A DNA stretch of 64,000 nt from Picochlorum sp. SENEW3 (lineage: Eukaryota). The notes below the pieces were generated by a model, which worked only from the letters and a program-made list of their open reading frames with translations, made no database searches and had not been told where the DNA came from. The stretch is from positions 248,001-312,000 of the forward strand of contig CP120461.1 of the NCBI GenBank assembly GCA_034226945.1, given 5' to 3'. This document shows positions 21,096 through 33,576 of this stretch, piece by piece (position 1 is the first letter of the stretch; every line of letters starts with the position of its first letter). The translations under genes and the position numbers were made by a program.

Positions 21096-24000
21096 TTAAT
21101 GACTCATTTGTCGTATTTTGATTAAACGCTTTAATGCTGTCAGCCAGGAGGCACATTCATCCCAATCAGATGTCGTCAACTGCACTTGTACATGAGCTGC
21201 ACCGGGGTAATCATATGCATCTAGCGATGCTGCAAGCTGTAACAGCTTTGATGTCACACTTTCACTTACGTTGCCTTCGTTCATCTTCCAAATCAGACTT
21301 CCCAATTTCTTGCTTGCATCATCCAACTCTCTCTTTCTTGCAGGCTGGGTTGTGGCAAACTGCTCGCCTGCTTGATATAACGATCTGAATGAGCTCACGA
21401 TTGGGACCAAATTTCCTGGGATGCGTGATGTGTCAGCAGTCATGAGAGCAATATCTGCTGGAGGACCAGCTGGTTTTGCTGGTGATGGTGGCTGGGCTGC
21501 CGGGGCAGCATTCTGTGCTGTTTGAGGCTGGAACTGCGACACACCCGCGAATGTTTTTGGCTGCTGTTCATATCCAGATGAAGATGGTGGCTGATATACA
21601 GATGGTGGTGCAGCAGAAGGAACGTAATCTTGTTGTTGCTGCTGCTCATATCCAACTGCGGGTGGTTGGGACTGTTGCTGCTGTGACCCGTATGTTGGTG
21701 GAGGTTGCTGAGTTCCATAAGTTGTGGGTGGTGGCTGCTGCTGCTGTTGATACATCTGGCTTGCTTGTGAAGAAAGAGGCGAAGCTGGGCCTGAAGAAGC
21801 CATTCCAAACTGACCCGCTGGCGGTCCTGTTGGCGGTGCTGATGGTGGAGCAGCCTGTATACCTGTTGGTGGAGCACCAAAAGCTGATGGTGGTGCACTC
21901 ACTGCAGGTTGTGCTGGTGTAAACACCTGTGGCTGTGTTGGTGGAGGTGCTACACCAGAGGTGCCAACACTTTGGGATGGATACGGCTGCGAGCTTGACA
22001 TGGTCGAATATGGAGACGCAGGTGGAGACTGCTTGTATGCACCAACAGTTGGTGGAGCTCCATATCCCATCTGCTGTGGGGCCCCATATCCCACCTGCTG
22101 CTGACCATATTGCTGTTGTGGTGCACCCTCATTTTGAGTCGAGGTATTTTGCTGATATGTATCACCCCAGGATTGCGATACAAATTGCTCCTCCGCAGGG
22201 GCATCATGGGAGGATGGCTGATCTAGTGCCCCACCCTGGTAGAGCCTATCTCTCAAATCATTTGCCTTTTCGGACGAGTCGCCTGGAACAAGGCACAGCA
22301 AATCATATGCAGCTGCCAAATATCCCGCTGAAGCCAATTCTTCTGCTTGCTTGGCAAGCAAATCTCCCAAGGCAGAACTGGAACCAGCTTTATCGACACC
22401 AAGTCCCAGGACAACAGCTTTCTCCAAGAATGACTCCCGTGCTTTTGGAGATGCCTCAGCCCCTGCCACCTCGTTCCACAAAGACACTGCCATTTCAACA
22501 TCTCCAGCACAAATACTGCATAAAATAGATGCATGTCTGGCGCCTCCTTGCAGTAGAGACCTTCCCAGGGCCTGCACAAGTGCTACAAACTGGTCGGATG
22601 GAGCACTTGTCAACAAGGTTGCCAGAGTTTCCCTCCAACTCTGCGTTGGTCGAGATACGACATATCCCATCCAGTCCCCATCTAATACCGCACGGGCTAT
22701 TCTCATGTACGGTCGTGGCTGAGCAGACATGACCTCTGCCCTGGTTGTCTCCCATGCATCGCCACCAATCATAGATGATATAATGAGTGCATCAGAGAAT
22801 CGCTTGACGCTCAAACACTTGTCGAGAGCAGCTTTGTAATTACCGACATACATTGCCTTCAAAATCTCAGACTCGGCTTCCCCAGGAACACCATCAACAA
22901 TCTTTGGAGATGTTGGAGCTTCAGGGACTGGAGCCTGTTCTGGCTCAGCACGTGTCTCTGGGGCCTTGGCACTTGGTGGCTGCGGAGATCCCAATTGATC
23001 GAAAAATGAATCTCCATCCACAGGTGACTGGGCAAAGAAAGAAGATCCATCATCCCCTGGGTGACCCATCACTGCCTGAGCAACAGCAGCTCGCTGTTCA
23101 TCGACAGCAGGCTGCCCTCCAAGATCCAAGTGTTCAAAGGTTTGTTCAGCCGTTTGAACATCGGTGGGTGGTGGTTGTACCGCTTCTTCTTGTTGTTGAG
23201 GAATCATGGACTCAAACCCGAGGCGTGTCAGCAATTCACGTTGTGAATCACTCTCAAAATGAGTCTGCAAAAACTTCCACGTCTCCACCTCCTCTGGATC
23301 TTGGCTCTCAACAGCACGAGTCTCGCATAATTGGCGCAGCAAATCTCTGTTCGCACTTTTAATCACCTGTTCAAACTCTGGCGAGAGCTTTGACACCGAG
23401 CTTTCCATGTGCACCTGGTCAATCTCACCAGTCGCAGTTGTCACCTGCTCTCCAGTTGGCAACTGTCGCGAGGAATTCACAATCTTTATAAGCTTGCCAC
23501 CAAATCCAAATGATGCCCCAGCAACCGGCTTCTTCTCCCATACCGCAGGAGCATTTTTACGAACCTGAGACGTCTGGCCATCTGGGAGAACGGCTGCTGG
23601 GCAAGAGGCCAGAGAATGCAGGCTTATCAAACCCTCAAATGTTGCACCAGCAAATACTCCTGGCTGCTTTTTATTTGACCATTGCACCTGGAATTTCCAA
23701 TTCGGACCAGACGACATTTCTTGACGAGGCTGGCGAGATGGAACATCCCAAACAACCACCTTGTTGTCCTTGCCAGATGACAAGAGCAAGGAGGAATCAT
23801 GCGTAGACCAATCCAGAGAAAGGACTCCCTTGCTGTGACCTGACAACTCTGCCACAGGCGACACAGCATTTCGCAAATCCCATAGTTGAAGAGTAGAGCA
23901 TATATCATCATCAGAAGCAACCATGACTTGCGTCGCAATATCTGGATTCCAAGCAATAGAACTACACCTCCTCCTTCCATTCGAGTCTGTCAATGTTATC

Positions 24001-24980
24001 ACTGGCCTCTGTTTCTTCAAATCCCAAACAACGACAGTCCCAGCAGACGTTCCAGTCGCAAGAATATGCTGCACCTTTCTGTTCCACTGAAGGCACGTCA
24101 CCTGATTCTGCATTCCTGAAGCCGCCCCCTTCATGGGAGGATAGAGCGATGGCTGCCCAGGATTGCCCAAATCCCAAATACAAACCTCTCCATCCGCAGC
24201 TCCCGAAGCAAGCAATTTCGACGTCAAGGGGTTAAATTCCAACCCTCTTACAGCGCCCTGGTGCTTATTCAATCTGCAAAGCAGAGACGTCTTGGACACA
24301 TCTCCACCCTGCCCATCAATAATAGATGCTGGGTTCCAAACACACACTGTCCCATCAGAGAGCCCTCCTCCAAGCATTCCATACTGCACATGTACAAGAG
24401 TGAATTTTATTATCATTCATATTACATTCAATAGAGAAGATGCTCACACAGCACCTATGATACACAAGCCAACATCCATACCTTGAAATGAGGAAACTCC
24501 TCTCCAGTTGCTGCCCAGGACAACCTTGCAAACCTCTCTGGCGCTTGAACGGCCTCTCCAACCCTCACAAGACCTTTCCCAGGAGAAGAATAATCCAAAG
24601 AAAAAATCTGCAACCAACACACTCATGCATAAGAACACATCATCAACTCTCTACAGAGAAACACAACCCACCTCAAGCTGAGATGAAGTACTAAAACTCA
24701 GGTCAATAGCACCAGCGACACTTCCAGCTGCCATAAACGGCGCCGTAGGCGCAAATGTAAACATCGCTGAGCGATCAATTTCTTTCACAGCCTCCACATG
24801 CTGCGCAGACGACTGCTGCACGGGTGCCTGCTGCTGTTGCTGCTGCTGTCCAAACCCATTCTGATCACCCATCGCAGGTTGCTGCTGGTATCCCCCCATA
24901 GCAGGCGTCTGTTGCCCATATTGAGGCACATATTGAGCATTCATACCCTGCTGATACGGGTTCGGCTGTTGCTGGTACAT
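21096..24980 (-). CDS. SEC31: COPII outer coat protein Sec31; exons 24980-24672, 24607-24482, 24383-21096
   Basis: AAGSVAGAIDLSFSTSSQLEIF, WD40 repeats (WDLKKQRPVI, LWDLRNAVSP), GASFGFGGKL, Pro-rich region and C-terminal helical domain. The 126-nt middle exon keeps the frame. Confidence 0.95.
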
Positions 24981-25595
24981 GGTGTTTGGATCAACGGTGT
25001 TGGATCACGCGGTAGTCCTTCTCCCAACAAGCCCACCCCAATCTATCTGATACAAACAAATAGTATGTAAAGATGAACTGAATCAACGCCGTCGTTATGA
25101 AAATGCCGGCACAAGAGTCGAATGATCGTTGGGACAACACGATTGAAACAATCACGATTCTCTCTCTCCTGACGATCGCTACTCCCAACAAATTCAATAT
25201 TAGTACTTAAGATTCAATTCTACTACCTTGAGGAAGTGCGGAATCATGCCCAGACGAAGAATGCCCAGATGTGCATGGGCCACTCGCAGGCTCATGAGCC
25301 TGTTGTTACAGAAGATGGCCCTGAAGGGCACAAGCTTGTGCTCACTAGCAGAGCACTCTTCTATACATTCCATTGACAGATGCAGAGGAAGAAGAATGGT
25401 TGTATTACAATCAATATGGGTCACACAAATAAACAAACAAGCAAGCAAACGTCTACATAAACACAAAATCTCTCATGGTGGTCACTTAGTAGTATGCCAA
25501 GAAGAAGGCCAGTACATACAGCCAATGATGGGATGTCATCATGTCATGAATCGATTGAAGGGAAAAAACAAAATCATATCCTCTTGGGAGTATTA

Positions 25596-26627
25596 TTATA
25601 TAGTGGGCTGCATTTTCTCCTGAATCAATCGATCAGTCATGTCGCACAACTTGGCTGCCATGTCCAAGTTACGGGCCTGCCTTGCTGGTGTGCCTTCTTG
25701 GCAGTCCACAAGGTAGGCTCCGTTTTGAAGCAAGTCACCTCGAGCGCAGGCCACGACGGTGGTGGCTGCTCCTTGTTCTGGCGTCTTGCAGAAATACTTG
25801 AACAATTTGAACATGGCATTGACGTAGGTGGTGTCCTGCTGGAGTTTGGTGTGAATCGCGCCTGGGTGGATTGAGAAGGCCTTGATGTTTGTCCCCTGCT
25901 CTTCAAATGTCTGTGCCAAGTGCTTCATGTACAAAATCATCGCGAGTTTGCTCTGGCCGTAGCTCTTCCATCCAGAAAATTTTGTGGTATCGAAATTTGG
26001 ATCATCGAGCTGAATCTTACCAAGCATGTGGGCGATGCTCGACATGCCGACAATTCTACCTCCAAAGCCCTCTGGGCATTCACGGCAGCTGTCAATCATG
26101 CGTGGCAAGAGCTCTTTCGTCAGGAGATAATGGCCCACGAAATTGACACCGAATCCTTTCTCAAATCCTTGCTTGGTTCGTTCCAGTGATGAGACGATGG
26201 CACCTGCGTTGAGAACGAGGATATGCAGGGAAGGGACTGTCTCACGGATGGTGCGAGCGCAGGCCAAGACGCTGTTCAAGTCGGAGAGATCAAGCGCAAC
26301 CACCGTGCACGTGTTATCCTTTTTTCCATCTGTATTTTTAATATCTTTCACAGCCTCATCCCCCGATGCTGTATTCCTGCAGCCGATGATAACATTGCAT
26401 CCAGCAACATAGAGTGCCCGAGCTGTTTCTTTTCCAATGCCAGAGTTGGCACCAGTCACCAATGCCGTCTTTCCTTCGAGATAGCCAACCCCTTGGATAG
26501 CATCAAGGGCACTGGAATTTCTCCCGAGACGCTTCAGTGTTGCTCGCGCCTGCTCTTCATCGCTGAGTTCGATGGCTTTGCTCTTCTTTGGAGATGACGC
26601 AGGCGCCACTCGAAGAGTGCAAAACAT
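25596..26627 (-). CDS. Short-chain dehydrogenase/reductase (RDH12/WWOX/Tic32-like)
   Basis: TGANSGIG, LNAG, GVNFVGHY, YGQSK and HPGAIHT. Confidence 0.92.
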   Translation of the reverse strand: MFCTLRVAPASSPKKSKAIELSDEEQARATLKRLGRNSSALDAIQGVGYLEGKTALVTGANSGIGKETARALYVAGCNVIIGCRNTASGDEAVKDIKNTDGKKDNTCTVVALDLSDLNSVLACARTIRETVPSLHILVLNAGAIVSSLERTKQGFEKGFGVNFVGHYLLTKELLPRMIDSCRECPEGFGGRIVGMSSIAHMLGKIQLDDPNFDTTKFSGWKSYGQSKLAMILYMKHLAQTFEEQGTNIKAFSIHPGAIHTKLQQDTTYVNAMFKLFKYFCKTPEQGAATTVVACARGDLLQNGAYLVDCQEGTPARQARNLDMAAKLCDMTDRLIQEKMQPTI

Positions 26628-27019
26628 GGTCTGTATTCTTTGTGTACGAATATATTTCTATACTCTCTAGCAAGGATTCAACGCACGCGTTATTATTCAA
26701 CCTTATATATACATATACACAATGATTTGGATACGAAAGCATGCGCCAATGACTGCGGAGGGCTGCGTTTGTGCGCCCGAGGTTTGACATCTATGTTTGT
26801 TTGTTCCATGCATGCCTCATGCAGCGCATGTTTGGCCTTCTCTTCTTCCTTCTCCTTACTCTTCTATCACATACTCCTCTTCAAGGCCCATTTTTTTTCC
26901 TTCTATTTAATCAGAGTATGTATTACATACTCTTCAAGCACCAATTCTTCTTCTTCTCCTTCTTCTTCTAGTATCACATCTTCTATGACGCCCCCTGACC
27001 AAGCAGAGTATCCCACTTG

Positions 27020-27550
27020 CTATAAAGATCTAAGCGACTCTGTAATCCAAAGACGCAACTGGGATGCACTCAATGCACCTTCCAACCGCCGAATGGGCTT
27101 GCCATTCTTGAAAAGAACCAACGTGGGCAGTGCACTGACTTGAAACTTTGTTGCAATCTCCTGATACTTTTCCGTATTAATCTTCACGAATGCAACATCT
27201 TTCATATCATGAGAGCATTCACTCATCACTTTGGCCATCATCTGACAAGGACCACACCATTGTGCATAAAAATCCACCAACACAACCTCCCGCTGTTGCA
27301 CCATTTCTTCAAACGAGGAAAACTTGGTCTTCTTCTTCTTACTACTACTACTATTCGTCTGCGTGGTCTGTCCATCGCCCTGACCCATACTAGACGCATG
27401 GACTCGTTGTGGTCTTGTGGATGCCACCTGATGCATGGTATGGATGTTCTGTGCAGAAAAACACCCACGGGCATGGCTGTTTCTCGTAGCTCCACCGTGA
27501 CAGTGTGTGGAGCCCACTCCACAGCACTGTACTCGTGCTGAAGATATCAT
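27020..27550 (-). CDS. TRXy: Plastid thioredoxin, y-type
   Basis: Transit peptide, then FSSFEEM...VLVDFYAQWCGPCQMM, VKINTEKY and ALPTLVLFKNGKP. Confidence 0.85.
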   Translation of the reverse strand: MISSARVQCCGVGSTHCHGGATRNSHARGCFSAQNIHTMHQVASTRPQRVHASSMGQGDGQTTQTNSSSSKKKKTKFSSFEEMVQQREVVLVDFYAQWCGPCQMMAKVMSECSHDMKDVAFVKINTEKYQEIATKFQVSALPTLVLFKNGKPIRRLEGALSASQLRLWITESLRSL

Positions 27551-27930
27551 ATATAAATAATCTATAAATACAAGCGTAGCTATTCGATTGTATGAATTGT
27601 ATGAAAAATGCGTTCCGAGATCAAGGCGAAAAATGTGAGAAGTCCTTCTAATCCGTAGGGTTTCTTCCCGAATTCTGCTACCGGAAAACTAGTTTGTATG
27701 CATATATATTCCTGGAATGATAATCTAGCGTACTAGTGAAGATATGGGTTTGTACGATTTACATTTCCCTCCATCATCGGTAATAATCTCTGTCGGAAAT
27801 TTTTGTTCATTTATCTTTATTACGGAACTCTAGAGGATTGTCGAAAAAGTCTGATCCCTTCTCTGACTCTCTCGTGTATTTATTGATACTACCATTACAA
27901 TACATCGTACGTAAGTAATCCAACATTGTG

Positions 27931-28797
<867 letters not shown>

Positions 28798-29292
28798 GTA
28801 GTGGTGTAAGAGTACGACCTACAAAAAGAAAGAAATGTGTGTTTGTTTATATAGCAACACCATGTTATTTTTTTGAACATAGACGCGTCATCCCAGGCAT
28901 GCGAAAAGACACCATCATCTCAGATCTCTTTATCGTCATTGGCGTGGCTATGAACACATGGTACGCACACAGCACGGGTTTCAACAGCAATGTGTGACAT
29001 CCAACATGCAGTGCGTCGTCCCAGAGCATGCCATTGCCATCTGATAAGATCAAGTTGAACCATCACGGATGATTGTCTTCATCATGGGACTGCTGGTGGT
29101 GAGAATTTTAAAGTGACCAAGAGTGCCCAGAGTCAGTTTTCATTTCAATGATACATATATGGATCAAGAAGAAGATGCGCACCTCTTTCTCATTGCTGGT
29201 ATACCCAGCCTATTGAGCCTTGAGATTGATGTAATCAATCTACATTCAAATACATACATCACAAATCGCTACTACTACTACTGCTGCTATTA

Positions 29293-29759
29293 TTATCGTT
29301 TCTGTCGCGTTCGTTTCGGTCTACTTGTATTATTAGTATTGTCAGCACCTCCTCCCTTGGGTTTTTGTGTCTGCTTTCTTGTCTTCTTCTTGTCACCGCC
29401 TGCGTTCTTCGTCGTCTTCTTCTTCTGTATCGAAGAAGCAGCAGATTTCATCGACGAACGAGATGTATGTCGCGTCCTCGTCGTCAAAGGTGGCTGCATT
29501 GTTTCTTCCTGAGAAGACAATTGGGAGAGCATTCGTCGCAGCACGTCCTCCTCCACCTGCAAACGTTGCAGCTGTCGCCGTGCAATACGCTGCACCTTCT
29601 CCAATGTCTCTTCCTCAATATCTAAAGCATTTCTGATATCCTATAGAAACATTTATATCATCGGATGAAATACGTGGGAAAGAGTTTTCCTTTTTGTTTT
29701 GAAAAAAGACGATGGAAAAAACAAACCTTTATCCGAAATCCCCCCAACTTCAAGGCCAT
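29293..29759 (-). CDS. SNAPC5/SNAP19-like small nuclear protein; exons 29759-29727, 29640-29293
   Basis: Spliced protein MALKLGGFRIKDIRNALDIEEETLEKVQRIARRQLQRLQVEEDVLRRML... matches the EEETL-x9-QLxRLxVEExxLxxM pattern of animal SNAPC5 as recalled. Basic NLS-like tail. Confidence 0.6.
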
Positions 29760-29948
29760 CCTAGTTAGCCATAAATAGTGCCTTAAAAATACGGTACTTT
29801 TTTGAGTATTATTGATGTCTTGAATAATCTGTCTGAAGTAGAATCCATTCTGTTTGTTGATGGGTGGAACTGCGTAATAAGAACATTAAATATCCTGATG
29901 AGTTGGTGGATAATTCGACCTTGTCTTGGCCCGAAATCTCATTCAACA

Positions 29949-32081
29949 ATGGTTAGTCCCGTTGTAGGTAGTGCAATAGTGCCACGGTGGCCGTTCAGGC
30001 TACAGAGCAGACAGATATGTGGTTGTAGACAGCTGTCTTGTCATGGCCAGAGGTTGAATGACACGAGAACGCCATTCTACGTGCCCCATCTGCCCAGGCA
30101 GCTGGGTATAAGTGCCAGAGCATCTGCATCTTCTTCCACTGGATCGAGCGGAAGGGCGAGCGTGGCCATTTTATGGTTCAAACACGACTTTCGTTTGGAT
30201 GACCATCCAGGGGTACACCAGGTGATGCATTCTGATTCGATTGATGTGGTGGTACCAGTGTATCTGTTTGATCCTCAGATATACGCAAGAGTGGTCAATT
30301 GCAAGGATATGGCAAGGGTTTTGGAAGGGGCAGTGGGATCTCTTGCTGCAAAATTAAAGAAGCAGGGTGGTGCAGATCTTGTGGTTGCATCTGGTGCATG
30401 GGAGGAGACGATGCCGAGAATAGTCGATGATGTATGTTCATTGTATGGTACAACGAAAAATAATGTACGTATAGTGACGGAGGAGGAGTGCGAGGTGGGA
30501 TGGGTTGATGGGTTGGAGAGAGTACAGAGTGCTTTACAGCAGGAAACTCGTGTTGACACGTGGACTGCACTGATGTATCATGATTACACAGAAGAATCGT
30601 TCCCTGAGTGGCTTGTGGCTCGTGGGAGCATGACAGAGACGTATGGGGATGTTGTTTTGTCCAAGGAGAAGGCACATACGTCTTTGGATGATGGTTCCAG
30701 GCTGGATGCACACCATATATGGGCAGAGGTTGGCAGAGTTCGCCAGGAACAATACCTCCACACCTCGAGGACGGATGATGACATCTCGTATGACCCGTTT
30801 GTTGTAGATGTGAGCTCGGATGAAGACACAGCGAGACAGTGTATTGATGAGTATATTGGATTCAGACGCCCTTTTTCTCCAACAGTTGATGCTGCAATTC
30901 GGCGGTATGATACACAAGCAACCATTGATGGATGCTTCCCTGCTATATTCCTGACTGCATTGCAGCTCGGCGTTCTATCACGCAGAAGAATACACAGCGA
31001 TGCTGTCGAATTTATATCCACGTCTTGTGAGGACGCGTTGGAGATGCCTATTGGCGGGTCTCCAGTGGCATGGGCTGGGTGGTTGCTATCATCACATGGA
31101 GGCGCTTGTGCTCGGCTCGAGAAGGCGAGAAAAGCCAGGGCTGCTCTTGTCGCCACAGAACTAGGTGATTTTCATCTAGGTCAAGCGTACATGAGGCATG
31201 GAAAAGAGGTATTTGGGTCGAAATTGCACTATTGGCGATGGCGTGGCATCCTGACTGACTATCTCTACAGTCCACCCACATCAGAACCCATCCCCAACGC
31301 ACCAGCGATCGTCCTCGTCCATGGTTTTGGTGCGTTTGGAGAACACTGGCGCAGAAATATCAAAGAATTAGCGGGCAAAGGATTCCATGTCTATGCTCCC
31401 ACCATACCCGGGTATGGTCGCAGCGAGAAGCACAGCGTCCAATATGGCCAGACCCTGTGGAGCACATTTCTTGCTGATTTCATCTCTGAGATTGTCACAA
31501 CGAGGGTGGTGATTGCAGGAAATTCCATTGGTGGCTATATCTCAGCATCTGTAGCCGCTGATTACCCCGATATGGTGGCGGGACTCGTGTTGCTCAATTC
31601 CGCAGGCAAGATTGATCAGTCTTTCACTGCAGAGGCAGCTGCAGACGTCGTACGAAAGCCACCACCATCATTCATCGTCGATGGAATCAGTCGATTACTG
31701 TTTACATTCTTAGAAGGAGATATAGAAAACCAGCTGAAGCGACTCTATCCGGTGAGACCAGAAAATGCAGACGAATGGCTGAGCCAGCAGATTCGAAGAG
31801 CCAGCCGAGATCCACAAGCTTTGGGCGTGTTTCGGAGCGTCTTTTTCCTCCCTCCCCCCAGACCTCTCAACTATCTCGTATCCTCCTTATTCAAAGGACC
31901 TACTCTGGTCCTTCAAGGAGCTCTGGATCCCCTGAATGATGCAAAGACAAGAGCTCACGACATTGTCGAGTCGTGTCCAAATGCAAACTGTATATTGCTG
32001 GATGCAGGGCATTGTCCGCACGATGAAGTCCCTGAACAAGTAAACAATGCCATAGCCTCCTTTACTGTAGATGTAATATAG
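29949..32081 (+). CDS. Plastid-targeted fusion of a photolyase N-terminal domain and an alpha/beta hydrolase
   Basis: ILWFKHDFRLDDHP (photolyase antenna domain), then LVHGFGAF, nucleophile GNSIGG, QGALDP and AGHCPHDEVPE. Transit-peptide-like N-terminus. Confidence 0.85.
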   Translation: MVSPVVGSAIVPRWPFRLQSRQICGCRQLSCHGQRLNDTRTPFYVPHLPRQLGISARASASSSTGSSGRASVAILWFKHDFRLDDHPGVHQVMHSDSIDVVVPVYLFDPQIYARVVNCKDMARVLEGAVGSLAAKLKKQGGADLVVASGAWEETMPRIVDDVCSLYGTTKNNVRIVTEEECEVGWVDGLERVQSALQQETRVDTWTALMYHDYTEESFPEWLVARGSMTETYGDVVLSKEKAHTSLDDGSRLDAHHIWAEVGRVRQEQYLHTSRTDDDISYDPFVVDVSSDEDTARQCIDEYIGFRRPFSPTVDAAIRRYDTQATIDGCFPAIFLTALQLGVLSRRRIHSDAVEFISTSCEDALEMPIGGSPVAWAGWLLSSHGGACARLEKARKARAALVATELGDFHLGQAYMRHGKEVFGSKLHYWRWRGILTDYLYSPPTSEPIPNAPAIVLVHGFGAFGEHWRRNIKELAGKGFHVYAPTIPGYGRSEKHSVQYGQTLWSTFLADFISEIVTTRVVIAGNSIGGYISASVAADYPDMVAGLVLLNSAGKIDQSFTAEAAADVVRKPPPSFIVDGISRLLFTFLEGDIENQLKRLYPVRPENADEWLSQQIRRASRDPQALGVFRSVFFLPPPRPLNYLVSSLFKGPTLVLQGALDPLNDAKTRAHDIVESCPNANCILLDAGHCPHDEVPEQVNNAIASFTVDVI

Positions 32082-32146
32082 TAATAGTATGGTAATATGG
32101 AGCGCATGAATACTCGCAGATTCTGCTTTGCAACACCCTGACCACC

Positions 32147-33529
32147 ATGTTTGCTAGGATTCGGGAGAGTCTTGCGTTGCGAATCAAGCAGATTCAGGGA
32201 GTAGATGATGTTCAATTACGGTACGTAGATCATTAATCTATGGGTTTCAAACGCATCGCCCGCATATATTCAGGAGAAACTATGCACAGCGGTTGTAGAG
32301 CAACCTAGACTTGATATATAACAGTGGGCATGGTTTTTTTTTACTGCAGGAAGCTTCCAGCGACTAGTGCATACCTGGTAGCACCTGTGCTACGAGCATT
32401 GGCCTCTCTGTATCAGACGACAGAATCGACTCGACAGTTTCTGTATAGAGCTGGTATTTTCTCTGCTCATTCATTACCAGCTGCTGTTATTTCTGTGGGA
32501 AATCTTACTTCAGCGAGTGGCAAGACACCGTTCGTACAGCATTTAGCAAAACATTATTGGCAGTTCCATGGTATTCCATCGCTGATCATACAGTTAGGGG
32601 AGGGTAAAGTGGATGAGGCAATTATGATGGAGAATGATTTTGAAGGGACGCCCATTACAGTGGTTGATACTGCAAACCCAGCAGATATTAAAGAGGTTTT
32701 GATGGAGCATCCATCCCTTCGTCTTGTATTACTTGATAATGGACTACAGCATTTACCACTCATGCGTGACTTGGATATTGTGACATTAAATGCATACTCA
32801 CCATTAGGGAATAACCACTTGAGACCCAGAGGGTCTCTTAGGGAGGCGCCAAGGCCAGCACTGGGTCGAGCAGATGCAGTTGTAATGCATCATGTCGATA
32901 TAGCAGGGCCGGAGCGAGTGAAGCATTCCATGAGACTCATTGAACCTCTGGTGCCAAATCACACGCTCCGCGTCCAAACAGCCATGATGCCCACGATGCT
33001 GCGGTTTATAGTACCAGTGAAACGAACACTGGATATGTCTGATTCATCGGATCTTGGTGGACTCATAGGACTATCAACATTGGAAGATTCAGCTGTAGTA
33101 TTTTTGACTGGGGTAGGTTCACCTCAGACTGTGGAAGAGCATGCAAAGAAGCTTGGTGCGCTGCATGTAGAAGGGTGTGGCTGCCATGAAGACCATCATT
33201 ATTTTACTAGTGAGGAAGTGCACGATGCCGTGGATCGGGTCAAAGCACTCATGAGGAACCCATCCTACAGCCATGTATGCATCATGTTGACAGAGAAGGA
33301 TTTCTGGAGACAGAGGCACTTTTGGAGCTCTGTTTTCATCCGTTATAGCGATGAGATATGGGATGGTGGTGATCAAGATCTGAAAAAGACCAAATGGGGT
33401 GCATACATTCTACGAAGCGAACTGCAGCTCAAGTCCCATGATGGAAGGTTTTCCTCAGAATCAGCCATGTGGAGCGCCATGTTACGCCTTGCCACAGATC
33501 ATTTCAGAGGACGGCGGTATAATATGTGA
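32147..33529 (+). CDS. lpxK: Tetraacyldisaccharide (lipid A) 4'-kinase homologue, divergent; exons 32147-32220, 32350-33529
   Basis: VISVGNLT...GKTP, LDNGLQH..LMRDLDIV, PRGSLRE, LGRAD, DHHYF and TEKD. Phase-2 intron GTACGT...CTGCAG. Confidence 0.85.
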
Positions 33530-33576
33530 TTGCCTTTAAATTGTTTGTTTCGCTTGTAATTTGATCAAGGAAGAAG

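Noticed and set aside
24482..24607. Apparent frameshift in SEC31 exon 2
   Set aside because: On careful recount the exon is 126 nt and in frame (IFSLDYSSPGKGLVRVGEAVQAPERFARLSW...).
25200..25623. Overlapping short ORFs between SEC31 and the SDR gene
   Set aside because: No motif in any frame; probably the SDR 3'UTR and SEC31 promoter.
26830..26990. Purine/pyrimidine-skewed degenerate repeat (GAA-rich on the minus strand)
   Set aside because: Low-complexity 3'UTR of Trx y, with stops interrupting the Glu-rich frame.
28915..29090. Box C/D snoRNA on the minus strand (GTCCC-ATGATGA...GGGAC)
   Set aside because: No CTGA next to the closing stem and no recognisable guide.
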